Positions 46,036 through 57,443 are shown, numbered from the stretch's first letter. The stretch is 64,000 bases of DNA from Candidatus Parvarchaeota archaeon (GCA_017609105.1 JAFCEQ010000001.1:47407-111406), one strand, 5' to 3'. Translations and numbers: made by a program. The notes: generated from the sequence alone by a model not told the origin.

Positions 46036-46659
46036 TTACCTGCTTGCTTTTGCTTGTCTTTCAACTTCCATGCGTTTGTTCACAGAAAAACTTTTTGAAT
46101 CATTCTGGCTTGCAAGAATGAGTTCATTAGCAAGTGCTTTTGCGAAACTTAATTTTTTTCCTGCACTTGCTTGATAACTTGATTGAGTTATCCACCTAAG
46201 AGCTAAATCAACTCTTCTTTGAGGCGCAACATCAACGCATTTAGGGTGTCTTGCACCACCATACTCAATAACTGTTGTTTCTTGCATTGGAGCGCTGTTT
46301 TCAACTGCTCTAACAATTACTTCAACAGGGTTTTTGTTTGTTTTTTCTTCAATTATTTTCATTGCTTCTCTAACAATGTTTGTTGCTAAAGAATATTTTC
46401 CAACGTTTTTTCCGCTTGAACGCTTATGTTTTTTGCCTCTGTGCCCTGTAATACCTACTTTATTTATTAATCTTTCAACAATGTGCATCTTGCTTTTCCC
46501 AAACCTCTTACTATTATGTTTTCCTGCTGTTCTTGGAACAATAATAGGTGTTAAATTAATGTATTCTCGAAGTCCTCTATCTCTCACAATAATGTTAGAA
46601 TCATAAAGATTGAAGAGAAGTATTTTTTCAATTTCTTTTTTATCTTCTGTTTTATTCAC
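46036..46659 (-). CDS. rps7: 30S ribosomal protein uS7
   Basis: YDSNIIVRDRGLREYINL...GKKHKRSSGKNVGKYSLATNIVREAMKIIEEKT. Confidence 0.9.
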   Translation of the reverse strand: MNKTEDKKEIEKILLFNLYDSNIIVRDRGLREYINLTPIIVPRTAGKHNSKRFGKSKMHIVERLINKVGITGHRGKKHKRSSGKNVGKYSLATNIVREAMKIIEEKTNKNPVEVIVRAVENSAPMQETTVIEYGGARHPKCVDVAPQRRVDLALRWITQSSYQASAGKKLSFAKALANELILASQNDSKSFSVNKRMEVERQAKASR

Positions 46660-46660
46660 T

Positions 46661-47098
46661 TTATCTCACCGGTTTTTGTTTTCTTCCCCTAACTAATTCT
46701 TTTAAAGAAGTTCCAACAACTTTTATAACTTTAAATTTAACTCCTGGCATGTCACCTGCACTGCCTCTTTGAGGTCCTCCAACTCTTGTAATTAATACTT
46801 CATTATGTTCGTCCACGAATTTCATTGCTCCTTCTCCTGGCAAGTGTGCTGTAACTGTTTCCCCTGTTTTAGCGAGTTGGACTTTCACACATTTTCTTAA
46901 ACCACTGTGAGGCTGTTTAACTTCAACTTGCACTTTTTCTAAAACAATGCCTCTTCCTTGAGGACTTCCTCTTAAAGGATCGTTTTTCTTATAAGTTTTC
47001 ATAATCATTTGATAAGCATTCTTTTTAGCAAATCTGAATTTTTTTCTTCTTTTCAGTAATTTTCTTGCTGCAAATAATCCTCTTGTTTTTTTAGCCAT
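46661..47098 (-). CDS. rps12: 30S ribosomal protein uS12
   Basis: SPQGRGIVLEKVQVEVKQPHSGLRKCVKVQL...VTAHLPGEG. Confidence 0.9.
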   Translation of the reverse strand: MAKKTRGLFAARKLLKRRKKFRFAKKNAYQMIMKTYKKNDPLRGSPQGRGIVLEKVQVEVKQPHSGLRKCVKVQLAKTGETVTAHLPGEGAMKFVDEHNEVLITRVGGPQRGSAGDMPGVKFKVIKVVGTSLKELVRGRKQKPVR

Positions 47099-47221
47099 GA
47101 GAAAATAAAATTCTCAATTCATTTAAAAATGTTTTGATATTGTTTCCTCTTAGTTTATTTATTTCTTCTTAATTTATTAAAAAAAAAGTATTTATTAAAA
47201 AAAGAAATAATTAAGGTTATT

Positions 47222-47512
47222 ATGATAACTTGTTATCATGTTTTTTTTAGGGGAAGAGTTCAAGGAGTGTGCTTTCGTGCTTTTTGCAAGAGTGTTGTTG
47301 ATGAATTCAATAAATTAAATAAAAAAGTAACGGGTTTTGTGAGGAATTTAGAGAATGGTGAAGTTGAATTGCTTCTTCAAGGTGAGGAAGGGATTGTTAG
47401 AAAAGTGTTTGAGAGAATAAGAAAAGGCAATGATTATTGCAGTATTTCAGAAATTAATTTAAGAAAAGAAGATCCTCAAAAAAAATATGAGGATTTTATT
47501 ATATTATATTAA
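47222..47512 (+). CDS. acyP: Acylphosphatase
   Basis: GRVQGVCFRAFCKSVVDEF...GFVRNLENGEVELLLQGEE is the acylphosphatase signature. Confidence 0.7.
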   Translation: MITCYHVFFRGRVQGVCFRAFCKSVVDEFNKLNKKVTGFVRNLENGEVELLLQGEEGIVRKVFERIRKGNDYCSISEINLRKEDPQKKYEDFIILY

Positions 47513-47520
47513 ATTTTTTT

Positions 47521-47949
47521 TTAATTAAATTTGATTTCATCAATATTGTAATATTTTTTTATGAATTCTTCAGCTCTTTTCATTTTCACTTTAGCAAGCA
47601 TTCTTGTTTTAGTTATTGTTGCGTTCAAAATTTTGTTCCCGTCTTGATCCTCGCTTAAATAAGGATTTTTTATTTCTATTGGCTTAAATAATTTTATTAA
47701 GAATTTAATAGGATCCTTACTGAATTCAATTATTTCTATTTTTTTGTTAAATTTTTCAGTTAGTGTTTTAACATTCATTCCTTTTTTTCCAATAGCTATT
47801 CCTGCATGCCCTTCTTTAACTACAAAAGTTATTTTATTATCTAAGGGAATGCAATCAACAACATGTGCTTTCGTGAGTTTTTCAAAAAGACTTATGTAAT
47901 GTATTGCTTCTGTGTCTAATCTAATTCTTGCTTTCAATAAAAATTTCAC
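47521..47949 (-). CDS. nusA: Archaeal NusA-like transcription termination factor (KH domains)
   Basis: KH GxxG loop AGIAIGKKGMNVKTL. Position between rpl30e and rps12 as in archaeal RNAP operons. Confidence 0.75.
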   Translation of the reverse strand: MKFLLKARIRLDTEAIHYISLFEKLTKAHVVDCIPLDNKITFVVKEGHAGIAIGKKGMNVKTLTEKFNKKIEIIEFSKDPIKFLIKLFKPIEIKNPYLSEDQDGNKILNATITKTRMLAKVKMKRAEEFIKKYYNIDEIKFN

Positions 47950-48209
47950 CCCTTTATTGCTATTACTGAAATATTAAAAGGTTTCTTACAAAGAATTCCA
48001 AGTTCTTTGTTGTTTCCTTTAAACATTTTTATTGGAATATTAGTTATTTTTGAAATACTCTCTAATTCTTCTTTCACATTTATTGGTGTATTCTGCGCGA
48101 AAATCACGAGTTTGCATTTCTTGTTCTTCATTAAATTTATTGATTCTTTCGTGCCTATTATTGCTTTGTTTGATTTAACTGCATTAATTATTTCTTTGTT
48201 TAAATCCAT
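47946..48209 (-). CDS. rpl30e: 50S ribosomal protein eL30
   Basis: 87 aa with KLVIFAQNTP...ELGILCKKPFNISVIAI. Context rpoA''-rpl30e-nusA. Confidence 0.8.
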   Translation of the reverse strand: MDLNKEIINAVKSNKAIIGTKESINLMKNKKCKLVIFAQNTPINVKEELESISKITNIPIKMFKGNNKELGILCKKPFNISVIAIKG

Positions 48210-48212
48210 TTT

Positions 48213-49364
48213 TTATTCACCTTTTTTCTTCTTATCCTTGATTGTTTTTTTATTATTTTCTGCTTCATTCACAACTAATTTCACAATTCCTGTTCCTACT
48301 GGTACTGTTTGGTTTATCATAATATTCTCTATAACTCCTTTAAGTTCATCCTTTTCTTTTCTTGTTGCAGCATTATATAAGTGTTTTAAAGGAACTTCAA
48401 AACTTGCTCTTGCAAGAACGCTCTCCTGTTTTTTACTCACGCCATATCTTGTTACTCCTCTTATCATGCCTTCAAGCGTCATTGTGTCAGCGATAAGCAT
48501 TATGTGTCTTAAATTAACGTTTAATCCTTGATCCTTTAAAGTTAAGATTATTTCCCTGATTATTGCGTTTCTCGCAGCTTCAATGCCTAAAACGCTTGCT
48601 ACTTCAAAAATATTATTGCTTATAGTTTTTGTTGGATCCACTTCTTCCATAAGCAATATTTTCTTAAGATTAGTTCCTGCTGTTTGGATTATCCATCCTC
48701 TTGTTTTTTTTATTGGAAGAACTTGAGTTATTCCTTTTATTCCTCTTATATGAATATCTTTTAATTTTGTTTTTAATTTATATAAGTCAATAACTTCTAT
48801 TTCTTTTTTAGGAGTTATTTTAACTAATCCTTTTTTTAAAACCTTAACATCTTCTTCACTGAATATGTTTTTCAAAGTTTTTTCCACATCTTCAAGAGTT
48901 AAAGCATAATTTTCTAAAGATTCCATAGAAATTTGAGCTTCAATCCTAAAATCAAGAAGATTAACAGTAATGCTTTCCATAATATCTTCAAACTTGATTT
49001 CAAGGATTTTTGCTGCAATTTTTTTAACAGCTTCCTCATCATCTCTGTAAGGTTCTTTTAAAAAGATTGTCATGGTTGGCGTGCTTGGCTCTTTTTTCGC
49101 ATCAAAGATTTCTATTAAACGCGGTAATCCTTGCGTAACACTCATTTCAGCAACTCCTGCGAAGTGTTTAGTGTTTAAAGTCATTTGCGTTCCTGGTTCT
49201 CCTAAGGATTGTGCTGCTATCACTCCTATTGCTTCTCCAGGAGTAATCTTTGCTTTTTCATAACTCTCATTTAATTCTTTAAGAATTTTTTTTGCTTCAG
49301 AACTTGAATACTTCTTATTAATCTCATTAATTATGATTTTTGGAATTATTAAATCCTCACTCAT
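48213..49364 (-). CDS. rpoA2: DNA-directed RNA polymerase subunit A'' (Rpo1C)
   Basis: C-terminal third of the largest subunit: [29 protein letters not shown]. Confidence 0.9.
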   Translation of the reverse strand: MSEDLIIPKIIINEINKKYSSSEAKKILKELNESYEKAKITPGEAIGVIAAQSLGEPGTQMTLNTKHFAGVAEMSVTQGLPRLIEIFDAKKEPSTPTMTIFLKEPYRDDEEAVKKIAAKILEIKFEDIMESITVNLLDFRIEAQISMESLENYALTLEDVEKTLKNIFSEEDVKVLKKGLVKITPKKEIEVIDLYKLKTKLKDIHIRGIKGITQVLPIKKTRGWIIQTAGTNLKKILLMEEVDPTKTISNNIFEVASVLGIEAARNAIIREIILTLKDQGLNVNLRHIMLIADTMTLEGMIRGVTRYGVSKKQESVLARASFEVPLKHLYNAATRKEKDELKGVIENIMINQTVPVGTGIVKLVVNEAENNKKTIKDKKKKGE

Positions 49365-51934
49365 TTTTTATCACCTTCATAGATTTTTCCGCCTTTTGAT
49401 TTAGTTACATCAACCTTGTCATCACCGTACTCAAATTGCACTATTTGTCCTGAAGCATTTCTTACGCTTCCGTCCTTCCATACTTTTAAATCAAGCATGG
49501 CGTTCACTAATCTTCTTTGTAAGTAACCGCTTTTTGGAGTTCTCATACCAGTGTCCATCATACTATCTCTTCCTGCCATTGCATGAAAGAAGAATTCAGT
49601 TGCATTAAGCCCTCCTTTATACCCGTGTTTTACGAAACCTCTTGCCATAGGGCCTAAATCTTCTTTTTCAAAATGAGGCAAAGCTCTTTTCTTATAACCT
49701 TTATTAATTCTCGTACCTCTTAATGCTTGTTGCCCAACTGTTGCAGCAATTAATGCTAAATTAAGAGCGCTTCCTCTTGCTCCTGATTCTGCCATCACAA
49801 TTGTTGGATTTTCTTTAAGATTCTTTTCAACAATATTACTTATTTCATTACGCGCTCTATTCAGGATATCCATTATTTTTACTTCAAGCGTTTCTCTTAA
49901 AGTTCTTCCAGGATATGCTTCCATGTTATTACTCTTGTATTTAGCAATAACTTCATACGCTTGATTTTCTGCTTCTTCTAATCTTTGTTTTATTTTCTTA
50001 ACAAGTTCTTGAGATAAATCAGTGTCTGAAATATAAACGCTGAAACCTCTTTGAGCCAAGTAATTAATGCCTAATAAAGAAATTGCTTGTAAGAATTGTG
50101 ATGTTTTTTCAGGCCCGTACTTAGTGTAGAATTCTTGTAATAAAATACCTTTTCCTGCTCCAATTATTTTTGCATCAATTGTTCCTTCAACAAGTTCTCC
50201 TTTCTTAATCACAACTTTTTCATCAGACTTATTTATTGTTTCAAAATTCAAATCCTTTGGAAGCAATATTGAAAAGATTTGTTTTCCTGTCCAAAACTCT
50301 TTGCCATCTCTTATTTTCTTAGGTTTTGGCAAGGACTCAATATTAAACCCTCCTAATGATGAAAGCAAATTAATTGCTTCTTTTTTTTCTAAATAAACTT
50401 CATTTTTTGTTAAAAGATAATTTCCTGTTATTTGATCTTGTATTGCACCAATGATTGGCAAACCATAACGTGGTGTTATCATATTGTTTATAACATTCAT
50501 TAAAACCTCAACTTCTGAACGAGCCTCATCATTTTGAGGAATGTGAAGATTCATTTCATCACCGTCAAAATCCGCGTTATAAGGCCTTGTTACGCATAAA
50601 TTAAGTCTGAAGGTTTTATAAGGAAGAATTTTGACTTTATGCCCCATCATACTCATTTTATGAAGGCTTGGTTGCCTATTGAATATTGCCCAATCCCCAT
50701 TAATTAAATGCCTCTCAACTATGTACCCAGGAGCTAATTCTTTTAGCACAACCTCTTTTGTCTCATCTGTTATTTTCTTTCTCTTCCCTTCTTTCGTAAT
50801 CACGTAATTCGCTCCAGGATATTTTTTTGGACCGTTCTCAACAAATTTTTTTAACCATTTAATATTCCATTCAGTAACAGTTTCAGGAAATGTTAAATCC
50901 ATTGCCATTAAAATTGGAATACCAACTTCATTAATCTTTATTCGTGGATCAGGACTAATAACAGTTCTTGCACTGAAATCAACTCTCTTGCCTGCTAAAT
51001 TCTTTCTGAACCTTCCTTCTTTGCTTTTTATTCTTTCTTCCAAAGTTTTTAAAGGCCTTCCGCTTCTATGCCTTGCAGGAGGTATTTGATTTATATTATT
51101 CGTAAAAAAAGTTGTCACGTGATATTGAAGTAAATCCCATAAATCTTCTATTATGATTTCAGGAGCTCCTGCATTAAGGTTTTCATAAAGTCTTTGATTT
51201 GTCCTGACAATATCGCCTAACTTATGTGTTAAATCATCTTCGCTTTTAGCGCCTGTTTCTAAAGTAATTGAAGGTCTAGCTGTTACTGGTGGAACAGGTA
51301 ATAATGTTAATATCATCCATTCAGGCCTGCCTGCTTCAGGATTTAAACCAAGATACTCTAAATCATTATCAGGAATGCGTTCTAATCTTTCTCTAATATC
51401 AATGGGTGTTAATCTTGTTCCTTCCTCATTAAAAAAAGAGGGTTTATCAAATTTTATTTTTAATTGTTCTTCCTCACAATGAGGGCACTTCTTAACGTTT
51501 TTAGCTTTTTTTATTATTTCCTTAATAAACGCCCATTTATCAATATCTCCTTTCTGAAGTGAAATATTTTTTAATTTTTCATCATATTTTCTTAAAACCT
51601 CATCACTTAATAAGATTCTTCCGCATTTTCTGCAAGTGCTTGTTAAAAAATTATTTATCCAATTAATATACTTTATGTGAATAACAGGTCTTGCTAATTC
51701 TATTACTCCAAAATGCCCTAAACACTCTTTAACTTTAGAACCGCAAGTCCTGCATCTTAAACCAGGATCAACAACACCCATTCTTAAATCCATTAATCCT
51801 CCATCCACTGGATAACTATCAATATCATAAAGTTCAGGAGTTGTTATCTTCACTACTCCCATTTTTTGAATCATTTTAGGGGACATTAATCTAAATTCTA
51901 TGCTTCCTATTTTTTCTTTTACTAAATCATTCAT
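49361..51934 (-). CDS. rpoA1: DNA-directed RNA polymerase subunit A' (Rpo1N)
   Basis: Zn-finger [16 protein letters not shown], catalytic [12 protein letters not shown], 857 aa. Confidence 0.95.
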   Translation of the reverse strand: MNDLVKEKIGSIEFRLMSPKMIQKMGVVKITTPELYDIDSYPVDGGLMDLRMGVVDPGLRCRTCGSKVKECLGHFGVIELARPVIHIKYINWINNFLTSTCRKCGRILLSDEVLRKYDEKLKNISLQKGDIDKWAFIKEIIKKAKNVKKCPHCEEEQLKIKFDKPSFFNEEGTRLTPIDIRERLERIPDNDLEYLGLNPEAGRPEWMILTLLPVPPVTARPSITLETGAKSEDDLTHKLGDIVRTNQRLYENLNAGAPEIIIEDLWDLLQYHVTTFFTNNINQIPPARHRSGRPLKTLEERIKSKEGRFRKNLAGKRVDFSARTVISPDPRIKINEVGIPILMAMDLTFPETVTEWNIKWLKKFVENGPKKYPGANYVITKEGKRKKITDETKEVVLKELAPGYIVERHLINGDWAIFNRQPSLHKMSMMGHKVKILPYKTFRLNLCVTRPYNADFDGDEMNLHIPQNDEARSEVEVLMNVINNMITPRYGLPIIGAIQDQITGNYLLTKNEVYLEKKEAINLLSSLGGFNIESLPKPKKIRDGKEFWTGKQIFSILLPKDLNFETINKSDEKVVIKKGELVEGTIDAKIIGAGKGILLQEFYTKYGPEKTSQFLQAISLLGINYLAQRGFSVYISDTDLSQELVKKIKQRLEEAENQAYEVIAKYKSNNMEAYPGRTLRETLEVKIMDILNRARNEISNIVEKNLKENPTIVMAESGARGSALNLALIAATVGQQALRGTRINKGYKKRALPHFEKEDLGPMARGFVKHGYKGGLNATEFFFHAMAGRDSMMDTGMRTPKSGYLQRRLVNAMLDLKVWKDGSVRNASGQIVQFEYGDDKVDVTKSKGGKIYEGDKK

Positions 51935-51948
51935 TTTTTATTCACCAT

Positions 51949-53766
51949 TTACATCTTATCCTTAAGATTAAGTTTTGGATAAATGCATAAAGATTTTAGT
52001 TCATCCAATAAAAGCTTGAATGCATAACTCATCTCCACAAAACCTATTTCAGTGTTTTCTCCGCATATAAGACACATTCCTTTCTTCCTGAATTTATTGT
52101 ATATAGCAACATTACCGCATTTCTTGCACACAGGGATTTTTGTTTTATCTGAATCAAATCTCTCTTTTAAAAGCAAAGAAGCTCCGTGCGCTACAAAGCA
52201 ATGATTCTCCATTTCTCCAAGCCTTAATCCTCCTTCTTTACTTCTTCCTTCTGTTGGTTGTCTTGTTAATAATTGTATTGGTCCTCTTGAACGACTATGT
52301 ATTTTATTTGCAACCATGTGCTTTAATTTTAAATAAAATGAATTACCTATGAAGATTCTTGCTTTATATTGTCTTCCTGTTTTTCCATCATACATAATCT
52401 CAGTGCCATCATCCTTGAATCCTAATTCAATAAGCGTGTCTCTTAATTCCCTTTCAGATTCTGAACTGAATGGTGATGCATCAACAAACTTTCCTGATAA
52501 CGCTCCTACTTTTCCGCCAATAATTTCAAGTAATTGCCCAACAGTCATACGACTTGGTATTGAATGAGGACTGAAAATAACATCAGGTACTACCCCGCTT
52601 GCTGTAAAAGGCAAGTCTCTTTGAGGGACTAACATGCCGATAACACCTTTTTGTCCGTGCCTTGATGAGAATTTATCACCGATTTCAGGAATTCTTTGAT
52701 CCCTTATTCTCACTCCAACGAGTTTGTTCCCAGCATCACTATCTGTTAAAAGAACTGAATCAACAATGCCTTTTTCTTTAAATCTTACAGAAACGCTTGT
52801 CTCCCTTCTCTCTTCAACACCCATCTTGAATTCTTCTAAACTTGTTAAAAACCTTGGAGGGCTTGTTTTACCAACTAACACATCACCGGAATTAACAACT
52901 GCTTCTGGATAAATAATGCCATCTTCTTCAAGATGCCTGTAAACTTTTTCAGTTCTATATCCTTTTACTTCTTTGCTTGGTATTTCAATAGAATCTAATT
53001 GTCCTCCAGGATACCTTAATTCTTCTGTGAAATAAGGTCTGAAATACGTGCTCCTAAATAATCCTCTTTCAACACTTGATTTATTAAAAATTATTGCATC
53101 CTCCATATTATACCCGTGCCAACTCATTACTGCAATAACCATGTTTTGCCCGACAGGATGAGAATCATAATCCATTACATCATAAATGTAAGTATTAACA
53201 ATAGGTCTTTGAGGATAATGAAGAATATTAGCATCAGTATCCATTCTTAACAAATAATTAGAAGCGTAAACACCGATTCCCTGCTTCATTGTTTTAGCGC
53301 CAATCATTACTCTAACAGATAAATTATGCTCAGGGAAAGGCACCATGCTTGCTTTGCTTCCGAAAATTATTGCAGGACTTAATTCAAGATGCGTGTGTTT
53401 CGGGGTTAATTGAGATTCATCCAAAGCAATAAGCGTGTTCTCTTCTTCTTCTGCATCCAAGTACTCAATAACTCCTTGTTTAACTAAATCATTAAAATCA
53501 ATTTCACCTTTTTTCAATTGTTCATAAAGCTCTGTTGTAAACAAGGATTTACCATTTTTAACAACAATTAAAGGTCTTCTTGCTCTTCCTTTCTCAGTAT
53601 TTATGAAAACAATATTTTGATCCTCATCATAAGCAACATTAACTTCTTTAGGAAGATTGCCAATCCTTCTTTGTTCTCTTATGAATTCCACCCATTCCTT
53701 TGGATTATCACAACATCCTTCAAGCCTGCCATTTATATACACGTCTGCCATTTTTTTAATCACCAT
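51949..53766 (-). CDS. rpoB1: DNA-directed RNA polymerase subunit B' (Rpo2C, C-terminal half of B)
   Basis: GDKFSSRHGQKGVIG and a C-terminal Zn-ribbon CKKCGN...CLICG. Confidence 0.95.
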   Translation of the reverse strand: MVIKKMADVYINGRLEGCCDNPKEWVEFIREQRRIGNLPKEVNVAYDEDQNIVFINTEKGRARRPLIVVKNGKSLFTTELYEQLKKGEIDFNDLVKQGVIEYLDAEEEENTLIALDESQLTPKHTHLELSPAIIFGSKASMVPFPEHNLSVRVMIGAKTMKQGIGVYASNYLLRMDTDANILHYPQRPIVNTYIYDVMDYDSHPVGQNMVIAVMSWHGYNMEDAIIFNKSSVERGLFRSTYFRPYFTEELRYPGGQLDSIEIPSKEVKGYRTEKVYRHLEEDGIIYPEAVVNSGDVLVGKTSPPRFLTSLEEFKMGVEERRETSVSVRFKEKGIVDSVLLTDSDAGNKLVGVRIRDQRIPEIGDKFSSRHGQKGVIGMLVPQRDLPFTASGVVPDVIFSPHSIPSRMTVGQLLEIIGGKVGALSGKFVDASPFSSESERELRDTLIELGFKDDGTEIMYDGKTGRQYKARIFIGNSFYLKLKHMVANKIHSRSRGPIQLLTRQPTEGRSKEGGLRLGEMENHCFVAHGASLLLKERFDSDKTKIPVCKKCGNVAIYNKFRKKGMCLICGENTEIGFVEMSYAFKLLLDELKSLCIYPKLNLKDKM

Positions 53767-55280
53767 AATTCTTTCATTCCGTTCTTTTTGAAAAAATTAA
53801 ATAATTCTTCTTCGCTTACCTCAGGCTCAGTACTAATCTCTGAAGTAACAGCTAAATTTTTTCTTAAACCAACATTCGGGCCTTCAGGTGTTTCACTCAC
53901 GCATAACCTGCCCCAATGAGTAGGATGTAAGTCTCTTGCTTCAAAATTCTCCCTGCTTGAAGTAAGTAAAGAAACAACTCTTCTTAAATGAGATATCATT
54001 GAATAATGATTTATCCTATCTAAGTGTTGGCTTACTCCTTCTCTTCCTCCCATCCATTCTCCTGTTGCAAGCGCGCTTTTTATTCTTGAAGTAAGCAAAC
54101 TCGCTCTCGTAATCCCTGCTAAAGAAGGAGTTCTTCCTCTTTTAACAAGTCTTTCAAAATTATACTTCATATCACCTACAAGCATTCTGAAACTATACCT
54201 GAACAAGGTTTCCATTAAATCCCCTGACAACTTTAATCTCTTATTTGCATAATGATCCTTATCATCAGGTCTAAGTCTTCCATAACTAACAAGAAGCAAT
54301 TTTTTCACAGCCCTTCCTAAGAAAAAAGCTTTCTTCTTCCTATGCTTCACATCCTTTCCAATATGAGGTAATAAGAATTTATCAATAACTTCTTCTGCTT
54401 TTTCAACAGCTCTCTCTTCAGAATGCACTACTCCCATTTTCTTACCTATCATCATAAGTGCTTTCTTTTGAGAATCTATCTCATTTGCTTTATACAAGTT
54501 AATGTAAAGGTCTCCTTGAAGTTCTTCACCAACATTAATGGCATCAGAGATTTCTTTATCCTTCACTAAACCTAATGCTTTCATCACATAAACAAGAGGA
54601 ATTCTTTTAAGACGAGTAAAAGTCAAATAAATTATGCCATCCTTTCCTTTTTCAAAAACATGAGGAATCCTATACTGCCCGTCATCACTAAATACTTTAG
54701 CAACCCATGGGTAAGGTCCTGTTGTTTTCTTATCTTCCACAAACACTTTGTTCTGCGCTAAATCCTCTATTATAACAATCACTCTTTCAGTGCCATTAAC
54801 AATAAAATAACCTCCAGGATCTGTAGGGTCTTCATTATTTTTTATTAATTCTTGCTTATTAAGTCCTTTTAAATAACAATTATCAGATTTTAATAATATT
54901 GGGAGTTCACCAATTTGCACTGTGCTTTTCTCAGTTTCAACACCGTCTTTTATCATCTTCATTTCAAGCATTATTGGTGCTGCATACGTTAATTTTCTTA
55001 ACCTCGCTTCCACTGGCATTATCCTTCTTCTTGTTCCATCAGCTTCTCTCACATACGGTTTTTCAACCCATATTCTTCCAAAAACAATTTTTAATTCATT
55101 AACTCTTTCAGGAATTATGTCAGGAACTATTTCTTTAACTTCATCAACAACTCTCTGCATTCCTTTAAATAAAAACTTATTAAAAGAATCTATGCTATGC
55201 CCTACAAGCCCTCTATTCTCAAAATATTTTATTAACAACATATTATTATCATTTTTAACAACATTATTGTTTTCACTCAT
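53760..55280 (-). CDS. rpoB2: DNA-directed RNA polymerase subunit B'' (Rpo2N, N-terminal half of B)
   Basis: N-terminal RpoB domains. The gene overlaps the rpoB' start, and the split gene arrangement is present. Confidence 0.9.
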   Translation of the reverse strand: MSENNNVVKNDNNMLLIKYFENRGLVGHSIDSFNKFLFKGMQRVVDEVKEIVPDIIPERVNELKIVFGRIWVEKPYVREADGTRRRIMPVEARLRKLTYAAPIMLEMKMIKDGVETEKSTVQIGELPILLKSDNCYLKGLNKQELIKNNEDPTDPGGYFIVNGTERVIVIIEDLAQNKVFVEDKKTTGPYPWVAKVFSDDGQYRIPHVFEKGKDGIIYLTFTRLKRIPLVYVMKALGLVKDKEISDAINVGEELQGDLYINLYKANEIDSQKKALMMIGKKMGVVHSEERAVEKAEEVIDKFLLPHIGKDVKHRKKKAFFLGRAVKKLLLVSYGRLRPDDKDHYANKRLKLSGDLMETLFRYSFRMLVGDMKYNFERLVKRGRTPSLAGITRASLLTSRIKSALATGEWMGGREGVSQHLDRINHYSMISHLRRVVSLLTSSRENFEARDLHPTHWGRLCVSETPEGPNVGLRKNLAVTSEISTEPEVSEEELFNFFKKNGMKELW

Positions 55281-55659
55281 TAACTACCACCCTATAATAC
55301 TTCACAACACCAGCGAGCTTGCTTTTCCTTGTTATTTCAATAACATCTCCTTCCTTAACACCTTCAATATTCCTAATCCCTGGATCATTTTTAAAAATCT
55401 TAGGCAAATCACTTAAAGAACAATTATATTTTTTTAAAACCTCTTCTACTTCTTTATCAGTCATTAATCTATGCTTTGGAACAAAAACATGCTCAAAAAT
55501 ATCAAATTTTTTTTCTTTTTCTGATTTTTTTTTAGAATCTGTTTTTTTAACCATCTTAACACCCAAGGAACAAGTTTTTAACTCTTTTTTTGCATTTAAA
55601 TTCTTTTCTATGTAAGAACTCATTAAAGAGTTCTTAACCCTTTTTTTTGATTCAAGCAA
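55273..55659 (-). CDS. rpoH: DNA-directed RNA polymerase subunit H (Rpo5) with a K-rich N-terminal extension
   Basis: The C-terminal 75 aa FEHVFVPKHRLMTDKEVEEVLKKYNCSLSDLPKIFKNDPGIRNIEGVKEGDVIEITRKS match RpoH. The true start may be the internal Met (MVKKTD). Confidence 0.8.
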   Translation of the reverse strand: MLESKKRVKNSLMSSYIEKNLNAKKELKTCSLGVKMVKKTDSKKKSEKEKKFDIFEHVFVPKHRLMTDKEVEEVLKKYNCSLSDLPKIFKNDPGIRNIEGVKEGDVIEITRKSKLAGVVKYYRVVVNE

Positions 55660-55671
55660 GCAACTTTATTA

Positions 55672-55745
55672 TGGGCCGTGAGGGATTTGAACCCCCGACC
55701 CTCTGGTTAAAAGCCAGATGCTCTGCCAGACTGAGCTAACGGCCC
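55672..55745 (-). tRNA. tRNA-Lys (anticodon TTT)
   Basis: Reverse complement GGGCCGTTAGCTCAGTCTGGCAGAGCATCTGGCTTTTAACCAGAGGGTCGGGGGTTCAAATCCCTCACGGCCCA, with anticodon loop CTTTTAA. Confidence 0.85.
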
Positions 55746-55927
55746 AACAGTTTTTTTTGCTTGTTAAATTCTCCATTTCCTATTTAATAACTTTTCGGAT
55801 AATTAACTAATTTTAAAAAATCTTCAAAGCAGGGAACCTCATTTTTAGAAAAAAGAAACTACTTATTAGTTTAAAAAATTTTGGGTTACTGCTATTAAAT
55901 CCTATTTTCAAATTACCATAATCATTT

Positions 55928-56521
55928 TTATAATAAATTATCATAATACTTGATTTCATTTCCTGAAGAATTTAATGGAGGCACGTACCTGCATAAATAA
56001 TATTGCGGGGTCTTGCTTGTTAATTGAAATGAATGCGGTGTTTTATCAGTCCTATGAATTAAAAAACAATTATTAAACCCTTTTAATAACATGAATTCAG
56101 AATTTTTTTTGTATAGCTCATTATTAGATATTGTTCTTAAATCTCTTTTAACAATTCTTTCCTGAAAATATTTAACAAAATACATTTCAGAAGGCATAAG
56201 CAATAATTCTTCAATACCTATCGCTCCTTTTTGCAAGAATGTTTGCGGAAAATAAATAGTGAAGCCCTTAGGTTTTGTCATAAAATTAAGAATTCTTATT
56301 TCAGGCAATAAAAGATTTTTTTTAATTAATGGTCTTTCAAGAGAGTATGGCACTCCATCACCATATGCTTTAACAATATTTATTTCTTGAACAGCGTTTT
56401 CCTTAATTGTTTTATTACCGTACTCATCAAAGTAGAAGGGTAAATACTCTTTTTTTTCTTTTCTTGTTTCAAACCAAGAACTTTTTTTAAAATCAGAATT
56501 AATGATTATCACGTCATTCAT
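55928..56521 (-). CDS. Hypothetical protein
   Basis: 197-aa ORF with no motifs. Confidence 0.35.
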   Translation of the reverse strand: MNDVIIINSDFKKSSWFETRKEKKEYLPFYFDEYGNKTIKENAVQEINIVKAYGDGVPYSLERPLIKKNLLLPEIRILNFMTKPKGFTIYFPQTFLQKGAIGIEELLLMPSEMYFVKYFQERIVKRDLRTISNNELYKKNSEFMLLKGFNNCFLIHRTDKTPHSFQLTSKTPQYYLCRYVPPLNSSGNEIKYYDNLL

Positions 56522-56637
56522 TAAATATTACCAAACCCTGTTTTTTTACTAATAACAATTAATTATTAAAACACAAGACGTTTTTTGTTTAAAAAAATTT
56601 TTTCTAAAAAAAAATAAGCACTTAATATATTTTTGAG

Positions 56638-56757
56638 TCCCGCCTCCCGGATTCGAACCGGGAATCTCACGGTAACGGCTAATAAAGAACACGTGTTCGT
56701 GTTCAGCCCTTTAAACCTAACTACAGCCGTGCGCGTTAGCCATTACGCTAAGGCGGG
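56638..56757 (-). tRNA. tRNA-Tyr (anticodon GTA) with a 47-nt intron at the canonical 37/38 position
   Basis: Exons CCCGCCTTAGCGTAATGGCTAACGCGCACGGCTGTAG / ACCGTGAGATTCCCGGTTCGAATCCGGGAGGCGGGA. The C1-G72 pair is the archaeal Tyr identity element. Intron is TTAGGTTTAAAGGGCTGAACACGAACACGTGTTCTTTATTAGCCGTT. Confidence 0.75.
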
Positions 56758-56879
56758 TTAATTAATAGATAAAAATATGTTAAGTGATATTAAAAAGTTT
56801 TTCCTAAAAAAAAATTTCTTTAAAAGTTTTTTAAGTAAAGTTTTTAAAGATGTTTGTTAATAATCTTTTATTAAGTAAA

Positions 56880-56952
56880 GCCCTTGTAGTCTAGTGGCCT
56901 AGGATTCCGGCCTGTCACGCCGGCGACCCGGGTTCGAATCCCGGCGAGGGCG
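56880..56952 (+). tRNA. tRNA-Asp (anticodon GTC)
   Basis: GCCCTTGTAGTCTAGTGGCCTAGGATTCCGGCCTGTCACGCCGGCGACCCGGGTTCGAATCCCGGCGAGGGCG, with anticodon loop CTGTCAC. Confidence 0.85.
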
Positions 56953-57017
56953 CTCAAAAATTTTTTTTAAGAAAATTTTAAGAAAAATTAAAAAATTTTA
57001 TTTGAGTATTTAATTAT

Positions 57018-57443
57018 ATGGAAAAAGGAAATAATATTTCGGTTATTAGGGTTTATGAACAATCTTTTGTTGAATTATTATATGATATTGGTTTTTTTGG
57101 TGAGAGTGAAGAATTAATTGTTAAAAAAAGAGATCCGAATGTAATAAACTTGCCTGAAGAAGTTTATGGTTTTAGGTTTTTTGATAGAACGATTGCTGAA
57201 ATTCTTCGAAATGAAAATGGAAAGAGAAAAAATGAAAAGCTTTTTGGTGAAAAAAGAAATTATTCAAAAACGTATTTAATAGGAAGAGTTTACACGCTCA
57301 AAGAAGTTAAAGAACAAATGCCGGATAAAAAAGCGTTAATTTATAATATGGAAGTTAATAACGCTGATGAAGTTGTTAAAACAAGAACCGGGAGATTTAT
57401 TTTATTTGATAAATTAGAAGATATTCTTTGGAAAGAAGAATAA
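57018..57443 (+). CDS. Hypothetical protein
   Basis: 141-aa ORF. Confidence 0.3.
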   Translation: MEKGNNISVIRVYEQSFVELLYDIGFFGESEELIVKKRDPNVINLPEEVYGFRFFDRTIAEILRNENGKRKNEKLFGEKRNYSKTYLIGRVYTLKEVKEQMPDKKALIYNMEVNNADEVVKTRTGRFILFDKLEDILWKEE

